This document shows, one piece after another, positions 1 through 4,415 of a stretch of 6,244 nt of DNA (positions are counted from its first letter, which is position 1; each line of letters opens with the position of its first letter). This DNA comes from a virus. The stretch lies in the IMG/VR virus record IMGVR_UViG_3300045988_028382, positions 1 through 6,244 of that record; one strand, written 5' to 3'. The notes below the pieces were generated by a model. That model ran no database searches, was not told where the DNA came from, and saw nothing but the letters and a program-made list of their open reading frames with translations. The position numbers and the translations under genes were made by a program.

Positions 1-55
1 ACCAGCAGAGGTAAGGACAGACCATCCATCTATAGGAGCACACCAAGACTGGTAA
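1..55. repeat. Terminal direct repeat, copy 1 (circular-assembly overlap).
   Basis: accagcagaggtaaggacagaccatccatctataggagcacaccaagactggtaa is identical at 1-55 and 6190-6244. Confidence 0.97.
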
Positions 56-1566
56 GCCATACCAGAACGGAATCCAGCGTGAACAGTATCAATATTAGAT
101 TTCCATTGCCAGTACCGGAGATTATAACCAAGAGGACCAGAAACAGTACGAGACGGGTTGTTCTGGAGACTCAGAGCAGGGACAGCCTGCATGCCTAACT
201 GGTCGAAAGCAGGTTGTGGGAAATCAGAAATAGCCGTAACAGTCAATTGAGGATTCTGACCCGTCAAGTTCCAATCAACCAGAGGAACAGCATGATATAC
301 GCACATAATCACCTGATGTTCAGCACCACAATCATAAGTCAGCGTATGACCAGACTGAGAACCTACACCTTTACCAGCGATTACAGCTTGAGAGTTATCA
401 GATTCTAAGTTGGTATTCAAGACTTCATTAATATTGATTACATTTGACCAACCTCCAATATAATGACAATGATTACCCATATATTCAGGAGCTTTGATAC
501 CAAACTGGGCGGCCATTTGGTCTGAATAGTCTTTACTGGAGAATTGTATTACCTCTTTCCACCGCTGTAAGTATTCTGTCGCACGGATTGAAAGAGCGGA
601 GAGGTCGGCATTCAAAACAACATTACGGCCAACAGTAGAAGAGGCACTGTTAGTAGTAGCGACGTTAACATTGCCAGGAGTATTAATCAACGCAGCATTA
701 GGTTGAGAACCACTACCACCAGCAATAACAGAACGGGAGTTCCATGTAGAATCAATAGCCGAAAGCACAGCAACACTACCATACTGACTATTCGGGAGCA
801 TACCCATAAAATAATCTTTCGGATAGTTAGCATACCGAAGCTGGAGCATTTCAGAGGCAAGATTTAACTGCGATTTACCGTCCCAATAGTCAACATTATA
901 AGAATAAGCCAGGTGCTTTTCCCATTGAGAATTTGAAAAAGCGTCATAATAAATTTTTTGATAGGTCAACAACGGAAGAAGATTTACAACCTGACTCTTA
1001 GAGTAAACCAAAGGATTAGAAGCATCACCGACAGAATCTAGACCTAAATAAGCCTTAGTAATAGCAGCCTTGGCAGTGTTTGAAGACGCAAGAAATGAAC
1101 CATATTCAAGCATATCCAATATCTTAGAAGCGCCATAAACATAAGGCAAGCCAGCATCATCAAAAACGTCTTTGCCGTTAATCACCTGGAGACTCAACGA
1201 TATCAAGTTCAATGTTGTGTTCGGTACAGAAGTCAACATTTCAGTATTAGCAGTATTACTAGCGGCAGACGTCATATAATCCGTCATCTGAGTAAACGCC
1301 TGAGGAAGAGCACGAGAAATCAAGCGTAACGGCACAGCGTAAAAGTCATAATACTCTTTAATACGAGTGTACGCAGCAGTGTTTACCGGAACAGTACGGG
1401 TAAACCAATCAGAGGAAATACGGTATTTATTACCGGGGATAGCAATCTGCCAATAGACGGGCAGAATTTCACCAACTTTCGCCGTAAACAACTTTTTACT
1501 AGACAGGTCAAAGGAAGAGCGATGAACGGCAACTTTCGCTCGGTCTAGCGGATTAAAATCACTCAT
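1..1566 (-). CDS. VP1: Major capsid protein VP1 (F-like jelly-roll capsid), N-terminal 522 codons. The ORF continues across the circular junction into 6189..6022.
   Basis: I checked every triplet by hand. The minus-strand frame with codons at 3k+1..3k+3 has no stop from 1566 down to 1. The ATG is at 1564-1566 (plus 'cat') and an in-frame stop lies just upstream at 1573-1575. The translation starts MSDFNPLDRAKVAVHRSSFDLSSKKLFTAKVGEILPVYWQIAIPGNKYRISSDWFTRTVPVNTAAYTRIKEYYDFYAVPLRL. The FDLS...FTAKVGEILP...PG...TRT.PVNT.AY.RI.EYYDF..VP pattern is what I recall for Microviridae VP1/F capsid N-termini. It is absent from the ORF track only because it runs off the window edge. Confidence 0.93.
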   Translation of the reverse strand, partial: MSDFNPLDRAKVAVHRSSFDLSSKKLFTAKVGEILPVYWQIAIPGNKYRISSDWFTRTVPVNTAAYTRIKEYYDFYAVPLRLISRALPQAFTQMTDYMTSAASNTANTEMLTSVPNTTLNLISLSLQVINGKDVFDDAGLPYVYGASKILDMLEYGSFLASSNTAKAAITKAYLGLDSVGDASNPLVYSKSQVVNLLPLLTYQKIYYDAFSNSQWEKHLAYSYNVDYWDGKSQLNLASEMLQLRYANYPKDYFMGMLPNSQYGSVAVLSAIDSTWNSRSVIAGGSGSQPNAALINTPGNVNVATTNSASSTVGRNVVLNADLSALSIRATEYLQRWKEVIQFSSKDYSDQMAAQFGIKAPEYMGNHCHYIGGWSNVININEVLNTNLESDNSQAVIAGKGVGSQSGHTLTYDCGAEHQVIMCVYHAVPLVDWNLTGQNPQLTVTAISDFPQPAFDQLGMQAVPALSLQNNPSRTVSGPLGYNLRYWQWKSNIDTVHAGFRSGMAYQSWCAPIDGWSVLTSAG

Positions 1567-1574
1567 AAATAATT

Positions 1575-1588
1575 AATTTAATTAAATT
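1575..1588. repeat. AT-only 14-nt perfect palindrome in the VP4-VP1 junction.
   Basis: AATTTAATTAAATT is self-complementary. It overlaps the VP4 stop (1587-1589) and sits 9 nt upstream of the VP1 ATG. It may simply be an AT-rich translation-initiation leader. Confidence 0.4.
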
Positions 1589-3431
1589 AGACCATACGGT
1601 TGAATATATTATTAGCGTCACTTAGCTTCTTATGTTTAATCATATCACGGCAGAACTTCGATGCACGGTTATCCAGACACCTCTGTAAGTCGTCGCACAA
1701 ATCGTTGTAATTTGCAGGTTGCGAGGCTTTAAAGGATAATCCGACCAGACGAGAAAGAGCTGGGGAAAATAATAATTTTCGGGGGTCATCAAAATGTAAG
1801 ATGGTGGGTTTGATTCCTGCCATTCTGTCTCGAATAGTGTACGTGGAAAATGTTCCATCTTCTTCCTCCTTAACGATTGACCTCTCACATCCTATGGCTG
1901 GTAAGTAAAAATATCGCAATAAAGGGAATTCACATGCTTCTTGTATTCGCAACGAATCACACATTCGTACATAGTCCGCTTTTTTCTCATACTCTATGCC
2001 TATTTTGATGATAAAATTAATACGATTGGCATAAGAATCAAGATTACCACCGATGGGAGGCAGATGCCAATTCCTAAGGAACTTACTGACATAAAGGAAT
2101 AGCCGATATAACTTATTAATATAAGATTCAACATCGACATCAGAAGAACTGTTACAGAACCTAGTAAGACACCGAGCAGAATGTAAAACAATTTCGTCCT
2201 CATTAGTTAAATGATGATTTAAGATAATATATTGATAATAAGCACGAACAATAGAAAGGATAGAATCGGAATTATAATCTATAATACCAAATCTTGCGAT
2301 TCTTTTCGGCGCATCTGCAACAGCACGAATAATTCTAGCAATCGCAACAGCATCGTCATAGCGAGCACTTGAGAATCGGGGGAGTAAGGTACGGATATAC
2401 GACATGGGGGGAGTTGATTTAACACTAATCCCGTTGAAGTTATAGATTCGTCCATTAATGACAGAATCGATTTTTTGCTCAATCGCATGATAGACGTCTT
2501 CGCTTTCATCAAGAACCTCGCCTTTTTCAAAAAATCCAATAGACGCTCTTTGTCGGGGTTTAAATGAGCCGCATGCTCGATATAATGAGGGAGCAGAGAT
2601 AAGGCTGTTAACGTAACTCGCAACGTATGATGAAGCTCCACCACGGGCAACCTGGAAATCTGAACGACCGAATTTCCAACTCTTAGCATGACACTGTCGT
2701 AATACCTCCGAGACTTTTTTCGAGTTTGAGAATAATAAGATATGATAATGCGGGCGGAAATGGACTGGTCCGTATTCACCCACAGCGTAGAAGTGTAACG
2801 TTTCATAAGAACCTAAAATTTGATATAAATGTTTACGTAAGCGTTTAATATAGTTCTGAACATCAACATAATTCAGAAAGGGTATAAGGTTATCAACACC
2901 ATATTTTTCAGCAACGGGATATACTGAGTTGTCAACGGCCTGCGTTTTACGGATAAAACTACGAATAGCATCCATACTAAGAAACCAATTAGCCCTAACA
3001 GGAACATGCTCCTTGATTTTACGGTCAAACGGCACCGTGCCTTGAACTTGCGTGAAGAATATATGACGTAAAAGGGAAGAATCCTCAGGTTGATACTCAG
3101 AAACAGGGATATAAGAGTGGCGTTCATAACCAAAAACTTTATCTCCTGAAATACTTAAGGCGTCTTCATACTCACTATACAGAACATCACATTTCATCAA
3201 AGGAACATGCTCGTTATCATAAGTAAGCGTCACAAAATAAGAATACTTGAAAGCACTTCCAGCGGTCTTCACACGCATGGACGCCTTTTGAGCACGCTTA
3301 TAAATACAGTAATCGCATTGACCGCAATCCACGGCAATACGTTGACCTGTGTAACGATTAGTTATAAAAGAACGATGTTGGCAATAATCAGCAGCCTTAA
3401 GCAAATCAGGAGAATATGCCTTAATTATCAT
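1587..3431 (-). CDS. VP4: Replication initiation protein VP4 (HUH rolling-circle endonuclease, phiX174 gpA analogue), 614 aa.
   Basis: The ATG is at 3429-3431. Motifs read from the translation: N-terminal Cys cluster DCGQCDYC (aa 35-42) and motif 1 FVTLTYD (aa 66-72). DVQNYIKRLRK (aa 190-200) is followed by the HUH motif 2 HFRPHYHILLF (aa 224-234). I verified the His codons at 2748-2750 and 2742-2744. Motif 3 carries paired Tyr, SSYVASYVNS (aa 267-276). There is no Walker A motif. Confidence 0.93.
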   Translation of the reverse strand: MIIKAYSPDLLKAADYCQHRSFITNRYTGQRIAVDCGQCDYCIYKRAQKASMRVKTAGSAFKYSYFVTLTYDNEHVPLMKCDVLYSEYEDALSISGDKVFGYERHSYIPVSEYQPEDSSLLRHIFFTQVQGTVPFDRKIKEHVPVRANWFLSMDAIRSFIRKTQAVDNSVYPVAEKYGVDNLIPFLNYVDVQNYIKRLRKHLYQILGSYETLHFYAVGEYGPVHFRPHYHILLFSNSKKVSEVLRQCHAKSWKFGRSDFQVARGGASSYVASYVNSLISAPSLYRACGSFKPRQRASIGFFEKGEVLDESEDVYHAIEQKIDSVINGRIYNFNGISVKSTPPMSYIRTLLPRFSSARYDDAVAIARIIRAVADAPKRIARFGIIDYNSDSILSIVRAYYQYIILNHHLTNEDEIVLHSARCLTRFCNSSSDVDVESYINKLYRLFLYVSKFLRNWHLPPIGGNLDSYANRINFIIKIGIEYEKKADYVRMCDSLRIQEACEFPLLRYFYLPAIGCERSIVKEEEDGTFSTYTIRDRMAGIKPTILHFDDPRKLLFSPALSRLVGLSFKASQPANYNDLCDDLQRCLDNRASKFCRDMIKHKKLSDANNIFNRMV

Positions 3432-3436
3432 AAGTA

Positions 3437-3742
3437 TTAACGTTTATCTATTACCTGTCGACGATTACGTGAACAGAACGAAACATGAATAAATGTCGGA
3501 TATATAATAAGCTGGTCAAATGGCGAAACATTATCAGAAAAAAAATGAATCTCTTCAAGCAACTTATTAAACGTAGTAGAACCATAAGGCTTAATATCAA
3601 CAGCTTCACCTACAAGATGCTGAGAATTCGGAGCACCATTGCAAGCTTTATTCTGCTCAGGAGTACGCCTGGCACTAGTTACAGAAAAATGAACATTAGA
3701 ATACAACAAGTACTCAAGAAAATGCATAAGAGTATAATTCAT
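3437..3742 (-). CDS. Peptidase M15-like zinc metallopeptidase (D-Ala-D-Ala carboxypeptidase / cell-wall peptidase fold), 101 aa. Putative endolysin.
   Basis: The ATG is at 3740-3742 and forms an ATGA overlap with the stop of the upstream small ORF. The translation contains SARRTPEQN (aa 23-31), then SQHLVGEAVDI (His42, Asp49; His codon verified at 3617-3619) and FIHVS (His86). This matches the (S/T)xxR...N...SxHxxGxAxD...H zinc-ligand H/D/H signature of the peptidase M15 (M15A/M15_3) family. Confidence 0.8.
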   Translation of the reverse strand: MNYTLMHFLEYLLYSNVHFSVTSARRTPEQNKACNGAPNSQHLVGEAVDIKPYGSTTFNKLLEEIHFFSDNVSPFDQLIIYPTFIHVSFCSRNRRQVIDKR

Positions 3743-3963
3743 AGTCCAATAGCATTAAGTACATAACCAAGAGCGGCAGAAATAGCGCCAATTACAATTT
3801 TCCAAACATTACTACTTTTCATCAGATTGAGATTTAAGTTCAACGAAATTATTTTCTTCTTTAATTGAATCCACAATAACAATAAGACCCAACGGAGAAA
3901 CTCGCTCAGAATAATTTCCAAGACCATCGAGAGAATTGACAATATAAGGCGGCATAACATCAC
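3739..3963 (-). CDS. Small hydrophobic protein with uncertain start. It could be 74 aa from GTG 3963, 73 aa from ATG 3960, or a 27-aa C-terminal version from ATG 3820-3822. Candidate membrane or holin-like peptide.
   Basis: The stop TGA at 3739-3741 overlaps the peptidase ATG at 3740-3742. The C-terminal 27 aa, MKSSNVWKIVIGAISAALGYVLNAIGL, form one predicted transmembrane helix. Their ATG overlaps the last codons of the 64-aa ORF (GATGAAAAGTAG). The N-terminal part overlaps ORF 3812..4006 in another frame and could be a compositional artefact. Confidence 0.35.
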   Translation of the reverse strand: MMLCRLILSILSMVLEIILSEFLRWVLLLLWIQLKKKIISLNLNLNLMKSSNVWKIVIGAISAALGYVLNAIGL

Positions 3964-4006
3964 GACCAGTTTGTTTTTCTTTTAAGGAAATAATGAATTT
4001 CTGCAT
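3812..4006 (-). CDS. Hypothetical protein, 64 aa, first ORF after the long non-coding region.
   Basis: The ATG is at 4004-4006. The composition looks like a mixed soluble protein (MQKFIISLKEKQTGRDVMPPYIVNSLDGLGNYSERVSPLGLIVIVDSIKEENNFVELKSQSDEK). It shares strand and polarity with all other genes. I recognised no motif. Confidence 0.5.
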   Translation of the reverse strand: MQKFIISLKEKQTGRDVMPPYIVNSLDGLGNYSERVSPLGLIVIVDSIKEENNFVELKSQSDEK

Positions 4007-4126
4007 AATTGTAAGATTTTAAATGTTAATAATTTAATGAGTTGGTTTCTACAAAGGCAAAGGAAAGAATTATTTTTGAATAAACAAAATATTTCGGAGT
4101 TTTTTTTATTCTACGGTCAGAGTGTG

Positions 4127-4194
4127 AGTTGTGCGTTTATAGACAAGAAGGGCCGAATTTGAGATGATAACTCAAATTTCCTTCGGACACAACT
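4127..4194. other. Nested stem-loop domain. An outer helix 4127-4133/4188-4194 encloses 4147-4151/4180-4184 and 4156-4163/4171-4178.
   Basis: Plus-strand pairs are AGTTGTG/CACAACT (7 bp), GAAGG/CCTTC (5 bp) and AATTTGAG/CTCAAATT (8 bp, 7-nt loop ATGATAA at 4164-4170). All pairs are Watson-Crick, so the domain can form on either strand. Confidence 0.6.
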
Positions 4195-4244
4195 AGGGGC
4201 TTCGCTTGAATAACAAAGTGGATGTATACAGGGTGTATAGGCAC

Positions 4245-4266
4245 GGCAGGTCAGATAGAACCTGCC
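4245..4266. other. GC-rich hairpin.
   Basis: GGCAGG (4245-4250) pairs with CCTGCC (4261-4266), with a 10-nt loop TCAGATAGAA. Flanking GCAC (4241-4244) and GTGC (4280-4283) could extend the stem. Confidence 0.55.
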
Positions 4267-4283
4267 TTTGCGCACCTACGTGC

Positions 4284-4308
4284 TAAAATACCGAAGCGGA
4301 AACGCTTC
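4284..4308 (-). terminator. Candidate intrinsic terminator in minus (mRNA) sense. The same hairpin carries a GNRA tetraloop in plus sense.
   Basis: GAAGCG (4293-4298) pairs with CGCTTC (4303-4308). The loop is GAAA on the plus strand and UUUC in minus sense. In minus sense the stem is followed by GG and then UAUUUU (plus 4285-4290). It lies about 110 nt downstream of the VP2 stop. The stem is only 6 bp and the U-tract is short. Confidence 0.25.
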
Positions 4309-4344
4309 TCTATGGAAGTCGCTCCGCTCCGTTTTTCGATCAGG

Positions 4345-4361
4345 GCCTAGGCGGCCGGCCG
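4345..4361. repeat. Two abutting GC-rich palindromes.
   Basis: GCCTAGGC (4345-4352) and CGGCCGGCCG (4352-4361) are each perfectly self-complementary. This is the most GC-dense spot in the window. Confidence 0.8.
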
Positions 4362-4367
4362 GTGTAT

Positions 4368-4386
4368 ATCACTCAAACGCCGTGAT
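4368..4386. other. Short hairpin.
   Basis: ATCAC (4368-4372) pairs with GTGAT (4382-4386), with a 9-nt loop TCAAACGCC. An alternative pairing is CGGTG (4360-4364) with CGCCG (4378-4382). Confidence 0.4.
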
Positions 4387-4415
4387 GGGCTCTTAGTCCT
4401 AAAGTATGTTAACAG

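Larger units (their letters stand above)
4007..4415. other. Long non-coding region with two parts: an AT-rich arm (4007-4110) and a GC-enriched structured core (about 4111-4400).
   Basis: No ORF of 60 aa or more occurs in any frame. Hand counts of G+C per 60-nt row: 14/60 (4021-4080), then 27/60, 26/60, 31/60 and 37/60 for 4141-4380. A coding row (3481-3540) gives 18/60. The core contains several perfect stems, listed separately. Confidence 0.85.

Noticed and set aside
1-55. The 55-nt terminal repeats considered as biological direct terminal repeats or an LTR-like mobile-element boundary.
   Set aside because: The capsid ORF reads seamlessly through the join and Microviridae genomes are circular. 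This is an assembly overlap.
214-408. Plus-strand ORFs 214..408, 3207..3440, 3485..3766, 4821..5033 and 5570..5953.
   Set aside because: All lie antisense to strong minus-strand genes (VP1, VP4, peptidase, VP2, VP3-like). 214..408 starts at a non-ATG codon (TTG at 214-216); I did not check the starts of the others. Their products are low-complexity and Ile/Leu/Arg/Ser-rich, and no other evidence supports plus-strand transcription. I treat them as shadow ORFs.
1596-1630. The AT-rich stretch TTGAATATATTATTAGCG near the 3-prime end of Rep, compared with the phiX174 origin nick sequence (CAACTTGATATTAATAAC).
   Set aside because: The similarity is only loose AT-rich resemblance, with no convincing alignment in either orientation. 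The nick site cannot be assigned by eye.
1640-3133. Hydrophobic nested ORFs inside Rep (1640..1888, 2000..2203, 2873..3133), considered as phiX174-E-like lysis genes.
   Set aside because: They share one globally open +1 frame, and their hydrophobicity is what a T-rich coding strand produces at second codon positions. They have no independent start/stop coupling and no recognisable motif. They cannot be excluded without comparative data.
4241-4283. Minus-sense GCGCAAAGGCAGG-loop-CCUGCC vaguely recalls the ACGCAAAGCC-hairpin half of the c-di-GMP-I (GEMM-I) riboswitch.
   Set aside because: The partner hairpin with a GNRA tetraloop is in the wrong sense (its loop is UUUC in minus sense) and in the wrong order. 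The resemblance rests on a 7-nt string, and only a covariance-model search could revive it.
4335-4341. TTCGATC resembles a tRNA T-psi-C loop.
   Set aside because: The flanking bases do not form a T-stem, and no acceptor, D or anticodon arms can be drawn.
4334-4343. Minus-sense CUGAUCGAAA resembles the hammerhead ribozyme CUGAUGA...GAAA core.
   Set aside because: There is no stem II between the two core halves. The CUGAUGA box has a mismatch, and there is no identifiable stem I/III or cleavage-site context.
4346-4360. CCTAGG (AvrII) next to GGCCGGCC (FseI), which looks like an engineered cloning scar.
   Set aside because: There is no flanking vector, primer or polylinker-like sequence. The sites are embedded in a larger GC-rich structured block, and the rest of the window is a coherent natural phage genome. 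They are more likely natural palindromes.
4404-4414. GTATGTTAACA resembles the conserved XerD arm of bacterial dif sites (TTATGTTAAAT). Xer-mediated integration has been proposed for Bacteroidota microvirus proviruses.
   Set aside because: The expected 6-nt spacer plus inverted XerC arm is missing: 4387-4397 reads GGGCTCTTAGT, with no CATAA-type mirror. A second partial match in the AT-rich arm (about 4020-4045) has the wrong spacing. A host dif sequence would be needed to compare, so this is not supportable from this window alone.
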